Below are positions 29,275-41,086 of a DNA stretch of 64,000 bases, piece after piece (the first letter of the stretch is position 1; the number at the start of each line of letters is the position of its first letter). Both the position numbers and the translations under genes were made by a program. The stretch is taken from contig CM074804.1 of the NCBI GenBank assembly GCA_037447605.1, forward strand, positions 744,001 to 808,000, in the 5' to 3' direction. Below the pieces are notes generated by a model that saw only the letters and a list, made by a program, of their open reading frames with translations, ran no database searches and was not told where the DNA came from. Source of the DNA: Zygnema circumcarinatum SAG 698-1b (taxonomy: Eukaryota > Plantae > Zygnematophyceae).

Positions 29275-31822
29275 CTACTTTGCTAGCCTTCCAGCTGGAA
29301 CCAAAGGAGCGTAGGATGGCTCCTCATGTGTGCGAGTGTATGTGATGGCGATAACAAGCGCCGTTAGTGCCATCCCCAAAAGAAAGGATGGTACAGCACA
29401 TCTCAAAACCATATTCGAAATTCCGCCGTTTACCTGCGCTCACCATAGAACGCCCACGGCGAGTAAAGAGCCGCAGAATCAGCCAATCAACCTCGAATAA
29501 TACTTCCAGATTGAGAATTCTCGAAGTCAACAGTCGAGAAGAATTTCCAGTGCCATCCTAGCCAACTTTTACAATCTATGGGCGTTTTCAATTGTCATAC
29601 TCCCATACCATACCATACCATACCATACCATACCATACCATACCATACCATACCATACCATACCATACAGACCATACAGCGAAAGAGAGCGAGGAGGGTA
29701 CTTCCTGCTTACCATGGATAGAGTATCCTTCGCTTGTATGCGAGCACACTTGCCGTTTGGAGGTGGAGCGTAGTCCCCATCGACCGCTACAGCCAAGCTG
29801 AAGAGCCCCATCACTCCGGGATGCGCCTGCTCCATGCTGTAAGTTGATCTCAACGTCAGGACTTCGCCAGCAGAGACTCGGTCCGAGTCTGAGTGCCGAC
29901 AGGATCCCATGCCTGTCACATAGCCGGCCTCATCTCCTGCCGATGATCCTCGGCCGTAGATCGGGAGTGAGTCGCAGATCAGACGGTCGTCCTGCACGAG
30001 CACCGTGCGGCTGGGAAGAATGAGAGTGGAAGAGGCAAAAGGGACCGAGAAACGTAAACGTCGCCAGAGCTCATTCAGCCTTGAAGGGATAGGGAGAGGA
30101 AGGAGGGAAGAGGGAGAGTGAGAGGGAGAGCGCGCGGGAGGAGAGGGAGAGAGTGAGAGGGGGGGGGGGGCGCGAATGGGGGCGACATAGGGGAGTTGGG
30201 GAGGGGGAGGGGAGAGTGGATTGGGAGAGAGGAAAAGACAATTTTAATTTACATTTTTGCGGAGTAAAAACTAATTGTTTGCGCCCAAATCAAAATTATT
30301 TCCGTCTCTTCTGTGGTAAGATCACAAGCTTTAGTTCAGGGATTAATCCGAGCCTCGAGGGAGTGGGTGGGGGAGGGTCAGAGGGAGAGAGCGAGCATAA
30401 GGCTGAGAGGGAGAGGGAAAGGGAGTGGGAGAGGGAGAGGGAGAGGGAGAGGGAGAGGGAGAGGGAGAGGGAGAGGGAGAGGGAGAGGGAGCTCTGACCT
30501 TGCCCCAGAGGGTTATTCCGAGGCCTCCCACATGCTGGTGCCCTAAGGAGTACACGATGCGCCCGCTGTCAGGGAAGCGGAACGTTTGGTTTCTCGTGTG
30601 CTGGCAACCCTCCAGGCCGCCGGTCGCAGTACAGGCTGGCACGTGGTACTCCACCTGTCCTCCAAAATCCAAGATAAAACATCACGTGTAAATTTGAGTC
30701 TTCATAAAATGAAAATTGACACTTATTTCCCTACATTGCTCATTGATTCAATTAATTTACGAGACCTAATTCCAACATCAACGCTACAAGTCTCTCTCTC
30801 TCTCTCTCTCTCTCTCTACCGTACCCTCTAACTTAGATGATCTTGTATACTCCCTACTTCACCAGTTAACTCCACTCCTTTCCCTCCCCCCCCCCCTCCC
30901 CCCTTTCCCTCCCCCCCAAGTTCTTTCGCCCATTAAAGAGAGAGAAATTCGAAAATGCCCTCAATTCACCTTGAACCCCCATACCTCCCCTACCCCACCC
31001 CACACATCTCCCCGCATACATTACCTGACAGCCATTCTCCGGCGAGTCCGCCATGGGCTTCCCATTGTCCGTCACATCGAGAACATACACCCTTAGAGGC
31101 ACAACGCACTCGTCGTACGGAACATACTCCACGGTGTACCTTAAATAGTACGTGCGAGGCGTGTCTTCGTACCCTTCCCGGACGGCGCACCTGTCGCCTT
31201 CCTCGCAGCATTGCAGCCCCCCCGTGTAGCCCTCCGCTTTGGGTGTGATATTGTACGCCGCGCATTGGCATTCCAAGCACGCCTTGGCGCTGACGGCGCC
31301 CCGCGTGTCGATGGCGTGAATTTGGACCCACCAAGCTTCAAAGGAGCCCGCTTCCACCTGCGAGGGGTTATTAGACTCCAGCCCGTAAGGGGCCGGAAAG
31401 GAGACGTCCGTACGGCGGGTCTCGCTGCCCGCGCCAAAGACTTGGCTTAGGGCTTCGTTTTCGCATGTGCCGCCATTGGGCCATAGCTTGCCGGGGGGGT
31501 CGTTGCCGGGGATTTCAGCCCGGGTATCGTTAAGGAGTTGGGAGGTGCGGAGGACGACCCAATGGTGGAGGTAGACGTCAGACAAAGGAACGGATTCTTC
31601 AGATTCTGAAACTATTTCGCCATAGAAACGGCGGACGGCGATGTGGCCTTTCGGCCATGGCAGGAGCTGCAGGCGGCGGTAGACCTCGCCCGGGCGCAGA
31701 GTGATGGGCCGGGAGAGGAAGGTCCGGGAGATAGCCTCGCTGGCCACCACGTTGCGGGAAAAAAATGAAGCGAGTGCAATGAATGCTATGGCTGCCTTGG
31801 AGAGGAAGGCGAAGCTCGCCAT
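29275..31822 (-). CDS. Stress up-regulated Nod19 (SURNod19) family protein; signal peptide and probable C-terminal transmembrane helix
   Basis: Signal peptide MASFAFLSKAAIAFIALASFF; family motifs WPKGHIAV, VPLSDVYLHHW, FGAGSETRRT, IHAIDTRG..CLECQC, GGLQCC, YYLRYTV, GHQHVGG, ICDSLPIYG and GYVTGMGSC, HPGVMGLF. Four exons (approx. 31822-30995, 30655-30500, 29990-29715, 29433-29275). The last exon assignment is less certain. Confidence 0.88.
29603..29668. repeat. (CATAC)n microsatellite in a SURNod19 intron
   Basis: About 13 CCATA units. Confidence 0.95.
30405..30490. repeat. (GAGAGG)n tract in a SURNod19 intron
   Basis: Near-perfect hexamer array; a further GA-rich tract lies at about 30090-30230. 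Confidence 0.9.
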
Positions 31823-32507
31823 GGCTGCTGCTGCTGTGACTACCGCCGCTGCTGCTAGAGGAGCCTTTGGCGGTCGTGGCCCCGAGGGAGGAGGCCGACC
31901 CGCTTACTGCTGGAAAGGAAGCAGCTTCGACGAAGGCTCTGCGTGTACGGATACTACGGCAGCAATGTCGGTGGGTCGGCCGAGGCGGCCTGCGATTGGC
32001 GGGCCGACCGCCACGAAGCTGCTCGGCAAAATTCGCGACGTTAGAAATGTCGGTCAACGCAGAGACGAAGCTAAGGTATACTGATTCGTAAGGTTATTTC
32101 TTCTGGAGAATCAGGGGCTGTCGATGATTGACACGTCCTAGCGTCCTAGCGTCTCGAATGCCGCCGGTATTATCTGACAGATTGCAATCGGACGGTGAAG
32201 CATGGAGGAGATCAGATTGCGTGCGGATGCGGCAATGTTCCCACGTGGCAGTGTGAGGCGGAGGCGCTGTACTGCATCGCCTCTGCTTGTCGTGAACTCG
32301 TTCGTGATCGAAAGGACAAGCTTTGGTACGGCGGACTTCACGCACCTCAAAACTGGATACATAGACCGAATTTAACGACGTTTCTGTGAAAATCTGCAAA
32401 TGAACGAGAGGTGGATTTACATGGTTGAATTCAAGAAATTGTAACAGCCACCCACAATGCGCCCACGTGGCAGTTTCTATGTTCTTACGGCGTTCTGAAC
32501 TGCGCGT

Positions 32508-32567
32508 TTTATTTATATACGGGGAACAGCAGCATGGAAACGGAGGATGACCCTTTTGCGCGCGAAA
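32508..32567 (+). promoter_or_regulatory. TATA-like element plus palindromic E2F site upstream of the RFC1-like gene
   Basis: TTTATATA at about 32512-32519, then TTTTGCGCGCGAAA at 32554-32567, which contains the canonical E2F site TTTCGCGC on the minus strand. Confidence 0.6.
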
Positions 32568-32606
32568 GTGCCTGCATGGCAAGTTTGAACCTTGGAACGA
32601 GCCCCC

Positions 32607-32642
32607 CTGCCTGCCTGCCTGCCTGCCTGCCCGCCTGCCTGC
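32607..32642. repeat. (GCCT)n microsatellite in the RFC1-like leader
   Basis: About 9 tetramer units. Confidence 0.9.
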
Positions 32643-33025
32643 TGCATAAGCAGGGGCCTGTGGGCCAGGCCGCGGCGCTGGCCTCTCTGAAGGAAGCCCT
32701 AAAAGCTCCTATGGCTGACCCTGCATCCCTGTTACAGCATGAACTTGCCGCCGTGTTCTGGTTTTGATTCATTTTTTGAAGCTATTTGTGAATAACCTAC
32801 TGCTGATTGCGGGAGCACGTTGTAGTACGCAGAACGCTTTGTAAGGCGCGCGCTATGCACTTTGTGTGCTTGAGAGTGCCATATGAGATTTTGCAGGGGC
32901 TTTTTCCTCTCGCGTTACTACATGAGGGGGCTCCTTGCCTGATAGAGTTGAGGTTACGCTGAAGGAACCCTGGATATCGAAAAAACCTGTGGCGGAAGGT
33001 GTGAAGAAAGCTTACGGGAGAAGGA

Positions 33026-36000
33026 ATGGAATTTGATTTGGAGAAACTGGGTGTAAGAGGATTAGCAGTGAAGAGGTCGCCTTATTTTACAAAAAAAAAC
33101 CAGAACGTTGGGGACAGAAGAGCACGAGCTCTTCATCCACGGGATGTCAATATCGAAGTAAAAGACGAGGTGAGCGATTTGAGTGCATGTAACGGGTATC
33201 AAAGATGAAACACGAAACCTTCCTTTGGTTTTTTTTCCTAGAACAAGCTAATAAGGAAAATTGCACATTGTAGAACGAAGTTTGGTCATTACTGCTCCGA
33301 GGGCCTTTTCTGACATCTATTTTCCTAAGCGCGGCTTGTTGACCATTTCTGACGCCCTCACACTTATGAAGAGCATGCTGATGCAGTCCAATGTAACAGT
33401 CAAGTGGTTCACTGAAATGCCCCCTATATTCAATAGAGTGAGCTTTGTTACCTGTATGAATAATTTACATTGTTTTCTTCCAGAAATCCGTTCTTCCCTA
33501 TCTCATCGATGTCTCACTTTGCCCATTCTATAAAGATGACAGCCGTAGTCTAGTGAGGGTGGAAGCAAAGATGTGAAAACGATCAAAACTCTTGCACGAT
33601 GGGCAAACCCATCCTAAGACGATTTTACGATCAGCTAATGAAGTATCAATGCTGCTTTGCCTGTTTGTAGCCCGGCTCATGTGGGTGACGGGATAGTTCA
33701 CAAGTTTCTGCTTCTGATTTGGGACACATATGTTATTTGTCAGCCTATCACCAAAAAACTGAAGCTACATTCCAGATCACAGTTTCGTCGGGAGCCACCA
33801 CTGACTGATCTTGCTCTCCCCGGAAAGGGGTTGCCCAATATCGCCCATTTGCAGCAGGAAAACGATTCCACACTGGTGAAATTTGGACATAGGAATGGAC
33901 TGGTCACTTGCAGCAAACTGGCACCTCCAGCGCAGAATCATGTATCTTTGAATGCACCAACTTGCTCAAGTTTGGAATCTAACAGAGGGACCAGCAGCAA
34001 CAGCTTTGTGGAAGATGTGCAAAGGTTTGAACCAAGGGCATTTTCTATCACAACATGGGAGAAGAAGGGAGCTTCTTCAGCCAGTCTGAACAGTTGCAGC
34101 TCAAAACTTCATCGTACAGCGAATGTTGGAACTTCCCATGGCAGACACGTCGGGATAAAGGATGAAAGGTCAGATACTGGTGAACTGTGGACAACAAAAT
34201 ACAGCCCAAAGGCGATGTCAGATCTGGTTGGAAACACTGTGCAGGTAAGCATATCTTTTCCTGTCTCTGATTCTAAATCAGGAATGGTCCCTTTCTCCGT
34301 TTGAAATTTTCGAATAATGTATCCTCATCATTGATTATTTTATCGTCGCGTGATGTACTCTGCAGTAACTTTCATTTTTTGTTCCTCTGATGCATTCCCT
34401 CGAAGGTCTCCAAAGGTGTTTGCCTGTAAAATTTATTCACAGCTGTGTATGTGCCTTTTCTCAATCAACGCTGAAGCTTAAGGATTTTGGTAGAGTTTTG
34501 CAGATTGCTGTTATAACATCATTCATGCTTGTTAAAGTTTGCTTTCCGTTATGTGCTCCTCTGCTCTAGATCACATTTATTGTTGTTTAAACTGTCTGTT
34601 AGTGTAATACAAACGTTTTGCGATTCTTCCAGATACAACGTCTTACTCAGTGGCTTTCTGCTTGGGATGGCCACCATTTGCGCCCAAAGTCTTCCAACGT
34701 GGTTAGACACTGCGGGAGTACAAATTTCCAGGCGCCTCAGCAGTTCAAGAAGGCAGTACTTCTTTACGGAGGCCCTGGTGTCGGAAAGTCTAGCAGTGCA
34801 AGGGTCATTTGTAAGCGGTTTGGTTACGATATTGTGGAGGTGAGTTCCCTACTGTGGTTTTTGGCTTTTTTGATTGGGTCTTCAGAGGGTGCATACACGT
34901 TATTTTCTGTCTTTTCATCCGTGCTCTGTTCCAAAGACGAGGCCGGCATGCATTTCTCTTTCGATACGTACAAAATTGAGCAGAAAGATCGAAGTCATAT
35001 TGTCAAGGGGGATGGCCACTTCTCTTGTGCACGGGATGCCGTCACATAGCATCTGTCGCATGCATATTGGAAAAAGTATCTGATTTTTCATAACGAGCTG
35101 TTACTCTCCTCGTTGAAAAATATTCTAAGCTTGTCGTCAAAGTGCCGTGTATGCAACAAAATTTTGAGCCTCTTCTCCATTATTGAAGAAGAGCACCCCT
35201 AGTATGTCAGTAACTGTTGGGCATCGAGCCTACGGTCACTGCTGGTCTTCAAGTATACCTTTTGGATGAAAGTTCAAGCGCTTATTTGTTGAGATTATTG
35301 CACTTGACTAAAATGCACGAACACATCGGTGTACCTAAAACGTATTATACCTCATGGCTGCAGGTAAATGCAAGTGACTCTCGAGTCAAAAGTGACAAGG
35401 ACATAAGAACTGGAATGAAAGGACACCTTGCAAACCTGGTCAAGGAGCTCGTTACCAATTACAGTTTGACATTACACAAACGTGATAAAAAAGTTGTGCT
35501 TGTTATGGATGAAGTGGACGGTATGTCGACGGGGGACAAAGGAGGCCTTCAGGAGTTGGTCCAAACCATTCAACGCAGCAAGATTCCAATCATCTGCATT
35601 TGTAACGAGAAGTATAATCCAAATATTAAGTCGCTTCTTAATCACTGCTTTGAACTTGGCTTCGGAAAACCAAGTACTCAACAGGTGAGAAGCAACACGA
35701 CAGATTCCTCCGAATATGTCAGGAATCGGGATCTTTCTTTGCTTACATCCACGATAGGCATTGCAAGTCACTTTAAGCTGTGGTTGGGTGGATTCACTCA
35801 CGGGTGCTCTTGCTTTACTGCAATTATCTCGCATACGCTCTCTGGTTGGGTTTTTGTTCGCTAAATCACAATTTCTGGACAGAGATAATATCATAGCTGG
35901 AGATCGCCACTTCCCGTTTCTAAGGTCGAGCAGTGAACACACATCTGTGAATGTTACTCGAATGTTCAAGTCCTTCCACTGCTTTGCACAATTAGCAATT

Positions 36001-39000
36001 CGCCTTTTCACTGAAAAAGTTCTGGTTGCAAATGGTCAAAATGTGCGAATCATCACTGACTGCTGGCTCGTTGAAATTTGCAGGTTTATGGAAGATTGGA
36101 GGCTATTGCAAAAAAGGAGGGCCTGCAAGTGCACAAGGTGAGAGCCTGTTACTTTGGCTAGTGGGGCTAAAATTGACACCGACATGCTTATTTGTAGCCA
36201 GCTTTATCTGGATCTGAAGCTGGTCGAGATAAGAATGTGAATGATGTCTGAGTCATATGCATATCATCGCCTGCCAACTTGACAAACATGGCATGGTTCA
36301 TGAAGAGTTCATGGAACTGTTAGATGCTTCTGGCATCCTGTTAGCTTCTCCAGAACCCAACTTGTAGCCTGCAACATGGGAAGGGGACAGAGGACATTGG
36401 AGATATTATCAGAAAGCTCTCAAGGAGATCTGCGACTTGCAATCAACCGCCTCCAGGTGCAAACAAGAGTCTTCAAAATCTGAATGTGTTTAAACTCTGA
36501 ATGTGTCTAAACTCTGAATGTGTTCACAATCCGAATGTGTTCACTCTCAATTGTTGTCAGACTGGAACTAAATGACCATCACTATTGGCAGCATTGCAGC
36601 CCCTTTCTGTGATTGGCGAACCTTAAACTCGAGCTCCTGCCTACACACATTACCCTGATGATTTTTTCTTTTCTTCCTGCTATCTCTTGATGCAGTTCAT
36701 GAGCAAGGATCCTGCTTCTCTATACGCCAATAAAGCTGCAGAAGAAAGCCACAGGAGTTTCAAGGATGTGGAACTTGACATATTCGCGGCAGCAGACAGG
36801 TCTGCCCAATTGAGTCTGTCTGCCTTTTGGAGGCTATCACCACGTTCGTGAGTCATGCCTGCCATTGTATGCTTGGAAAACATGAGGGTTCTTTTGTACG
36901 TGGAGCCATGCTGCAGTTGTGCCAAATTAGGAATGGAAGGAGGAGGGTTTCAAAGATGTGCATGTTATGTGCAAGTTGAAGAAAGCATTCCATCAAGTGT
37001 GCTTTTTGACAACAAACACGTTCTGCTCCTTAAGTTGAATTCTTTGAATTTTTTAAGCCATGGAGATTAGAACAAACATCCAGTATGTTGCCATACTCTA
37101 GACAAGCTCCAATTTTGATCATCTCCATGGCTGTTCCACATGAAAGCGATTGCCATGTTTAGCAGCAGTATTAAGGCGTTTTCTTACAGCACTTTCCAAG
37201 TTCACTCCCTTAATGACTTCAGAACTTTGATGGAAGTCTGGTGAGGATGCAGGCTTCTATCAGGAGCAAGCAGAAGCATGTCTCTGAGTGAGCAGATGGA
37301 CTTGGTGTTTCAGAATCCAGATCTTGTATCCCTAATCATACAGGTAAATTCTTTGATAGAGATAGGAGTCTTTCTCGTACCATTATCCGCAAACATCGAC
37401 TGACCTTGCCGGAAATACCTTCTGTGATCACAGACGTTGATGTTTATTAAGCAAATTGCTACTATTTTTTTCTTTTCTGACTGCCTGCCTGCAACTTAAC
37501 ACTTAGTCTAACGTTCCAGTATAGCGAAGATTTACAAAGGGTGAGTTAGTAGTGTCCATGCTATGCAGTTTATGTCGAGGTATCTCAAGTTCCTCAATGC
37601 TTTAGCTTCTGAAGATCGTTCAGTTTAGCTGGTTCCTTAGTTGCTTAACTGAGCCGTGAGCATATTCTTCATAACTTTTCAGCTGCTCAGGCAATCACGG
37701 CCACACAAGTACGCGGAGAAAGTTCATATTTAAATGCTCCTCACCTTTAATATGCAATCAACAAGCAAAATGTACAACCATTATAAAGTGTGAAGTGAGA
37801 CAGGTCCTACTGTCTAGGGCTTTCAAAAAATTCTCTTGACACGTCATTATACTAGCCTTCAACTGGACTCCTCAGTTTGATATAGCTGTATCAGCCAGAT
37901 TAGAGCCATAAAGCTTCCGTACTTTTGACCTGACTTGCAGGAAAACTACATAAACCACCGGCCACTGAAGACATACTGTGAGCTTGCTCACATGGAGTGC
38001 ATAGTTCAAGCTGCAGATGCGATTGGAGATGGCGACTTAGTGAATGCACGCCTTCAGAAGTCTCAGCAGTGGCAGCTCATGCTTTTTGCTTGTATTCAGT
38101 CCGGAGTCGCCTGTTCAGCATACGTGAGGGGAACTCGTCAATGCCTTTCGCAGGTGAAAATTCATAACATTGTCTCCCTTTCCAAAAAGGACCATCCAAG
38201 TTCATGTGGCTTGCATAGGAAGTGGGGTGACAGGAACGTTCACGGGCATGGCTGCTGGAGATGGTGACCGTAAAACGAATTGGTAACTAAGAATAAGGCC
38301 AAGCAAGCATGACAAGCCATGTTAGGTTCATCCAAGAGTGGGGCTAGAAGACTAGGCTCATCTACTTTACTCAGCAAATCAGGCAAATGTTTGCGTCGTT
38401 CCTCTTGGAATTTCCAGGGAGAACGCAATTTCAATCGATTTGCAGTCTGGCTTGGAAAGAATTCAACAGCTGCCAAGCATTTGCGCCAGCTTGCAGAAGT
38501 GCAGAACCATTTGCTTGCCTCCGGCAACAGTCGCACATCCCGGTAAGTTCTGGGGGCCATGCTTTGCTATAATGTTTACTTCTTGCAAGCCCTGTTGCCG
38601 GCATCCCTTCAATCTACAAGTGTGCATGTCAGACAAGGGAAACCCTCTGAGCAACGGATATCAAGAACGAGCTTTTGCACTATGTGAAAGGGGAATGGCG
38701 TCTGTTACTTGCCGCACTGCTTCCAACTCATTTCTTCTATATGAATCATCATGGTATGAATGTCAAAACGTCTAAACAAGTACAGTAATCCATGAAAGCT
38801 GAAAAGTGACCCACAGTCCTTAGTCTCATCCTTAACTTGGTTAACTTTGAAGAAACTGAAGCAACTTGTCCTTGAAAGTGAAAGGCTACGTTGATGACTG
38901 CTGCATAAATAGAGCTCAGACAAGTTTACCCTACTTACGGGACGCTTTTCGTTCTTTTGGGATGTTTTCAGAGAGGCATTGTGCCAAGACTATTTTCCAG

Positions 39001-40257
39001 CGTTTGCGCGGCACCTGACTGCGCCACTGCAGCAGAAAGACAAGGTATGAATGGTGATGGCGCCTTCCTTAGTCGAAGCCGAATGTGCATCACACATTCG
39101 GCTTATTCGGCTTACACATTCCTTATTGTGTGGTAGATCCATTAAACCATTGAATCCATGATCTCATTTGCCCAAACCCTCATCATACTTGATCTCCCCA
39201 CTTTCCCTTTTCTCCCTCTGGTTCTATCCCTTTGCCCTCCTCTCAATTCATGACACCCGGGAGTGTTCTCTCTTGCATGGTTTCTAATTCTGACGTTGCA
39301 AATCAGGAATGTTCCACTGTGTAGGAAGGTGTATGCGAAGTTTTGGACGTGATGAACCAATATGGACTCACCAAGGAGGATCGTGATGCCATCCTTGAAA
39401 TGTGTTCTCTCAAAGTGAGCTTCAAGAACTTCCACCTTGAACACTTTGTTACTGCCTAACTATTACAAGAAGCATTGCGTCTTGATTCTGCCCTTCTCCC
39501 ATAGCAATGTGGAACACCTAAACTCTCCTTTTGTACGGATTTCTTCATCAAGCTTTTAAGCAGCTACTGAAGGTATAATCTGTTTTCCGATGGTTGTTGT
39601 ACTTTGCAGGCTTTTCAAGATCCTCAAGTGGGCATAACAGCTCAGACAAAGCGAACATTCACTCGAGTTTGCAATCAGTGGGAGGCGAAGCGCAGGGTCA
39701 AGTCGGGCTGCATGTTGGCGGATTTGAATGCTAAAAAGAGAAAAGCTGCGCCTGGTAGTTGAAGCTCTCCTGATCCCTCTCAAAGCAACATTGCTACCTG
39801 TAGGTTGTAGGGAATCAAAACTTGGTGTGATTAGTCCTTTGTCATTGTCGTGGGTTATCTCGTTGGTTCAGAGTACTGGGTTCTGAGGTCATTTCTCTTT
39901 TCTCTCTCTCGCGCTCCTTGCACCTCTCCCTTTCCCTCTCTCTCCCCCTCGCGCTGTCCTCTTGACTCGGTTTGTTGTGGCATTGCAGGGGAGGAAGACC
40001 ACAAGTCCTTTGCTGAAAGCAGTGCTGAGGAGGATGAGGAGGGAGTGTGCGGGAAGAATGCGAAAATAGCAAAGCGTATTTCATCAGAAGAGAAGAAGAA
40101 GGAGCGGCAGGGAAGCAGAGTCCCACGTGGCATGGCACAGCGCAGGACTGGAGGAAGAGAGTGGAATAGCACTACGGTTGCAGGCACTATGAATTCTGAA
40201 AATGGAGCGTGGGGAGACGAGTTGGGCCTGGTTATGGGCGCAGGGAGAGGAAGATAG
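33026..40257 (+). CDS. RFC1: Replication factor C large subunit RFC1-like protein, divergent, with no recognisable BRCT domain
   Basis: LWTTKYSPKAMSDLVGN; Walker A LLYGGPGVGKSS; VNASDSR; Walker B VMDEVDGMSTGDKGG; KIPIICICNEKY; QGDLRLAINRLQ (about 36.42-36.46 kb); RFC1-specific C-terminal domain ENYINHRP..AADAIGDGDLVN, GERNFNRFAVWLGKNSTAAK, YGLTKEDRDAILE, KRTFTR. Exon 1 33026-33168, exon 2 from about 33743, last exon about 39989-40257. Confidence 0.88.
36478..36541. repeat. 16-bp minisatellite, four copies, in an RFC1-like intron
   Basis: TCTGAATGTGTTTAAAC-like units in tandem. Confidence 0.85.
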
Positions 40258-41086
40258 GGAAAGGTAGAGGGAGTCGGAGGGAGGCTGGTGGCTCAATTGT
40301 AACTGGAGAGAGGAGAAGAGCGCTCCATGGGAAAGCGAGCTTGCCTGCATCGACTGCTTGCAGGTGGGCATTCTGTACCGTAGTGGGGTCTATTGCGTCT
40401 CTGTAAATTGTGCTGGCATTCAGCTGTAACATTTATACTGGGGAAGGGTTTGTAAGGTCAGGATGAGCGATCATGTAACTGATGCACATAGAACATGATA
40501 GTTAAACACACCTGCATTTTCTAACACTCCTGCGAACACAATGGCCGACTCTCCTCTTATCGTGCAATCCTTCAGTCTTAGGCACCAGCATTTTGCTTTT
40601 AATTACCGAAAAATATGGCAATTGTAACTTCTATTGACTCAGCTTTCTGGAATAACCTAAATCGTGTGAGTGCCTTGGCTACTACATGTGAGACAACAGT
40701 CCATTCAGTTGTCATATGTTAGAATGACGAGGTGAGGACTAAGCTGCGAGGATTGGCCGAGTCTCTTAGTAAGAACAAACTCTTCCATTCCAACACTGCG
40801 AACTGAAACCGTCGACTGAAACATAAACCGATGTATTGTTCGGCAACCGTACTGACTGTACATTATCTCCGGCTTTGTTCGTCCCTGCCTTAATCTTACG
40901 AACTTTCTGTAAGACCGGTCTTACTGTACATCAAGGATAGCTGCCAACCATTTAGAGCCTCAAGCTAGAAGAGTGTGGCATGGAGTCCAATGACAAGCAT
41001 AAGGCAAAGTGTTGCCCATACCAAGTGTCACAGCCTGATTCCATGGTACACACGGAGAAGTAGAGGACATGCGCTGGTTGAGATTC

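Noticed and set aside
32195-32389. Cys-rich 64-aa ORF between SURNod19 and RFC1-like
   Set aside because: No recognisable domain; it lies in GC-rich divergent promoter DNA.
33261-33533. ORF with LVITAPRAF as a possible BRCT exon of RFC1
   Set aside because: No convincing BRCT pattern (no GG..T turn or terminal Trp/helix motif); exon 1 joins the exon at about 33743 in phase without it.
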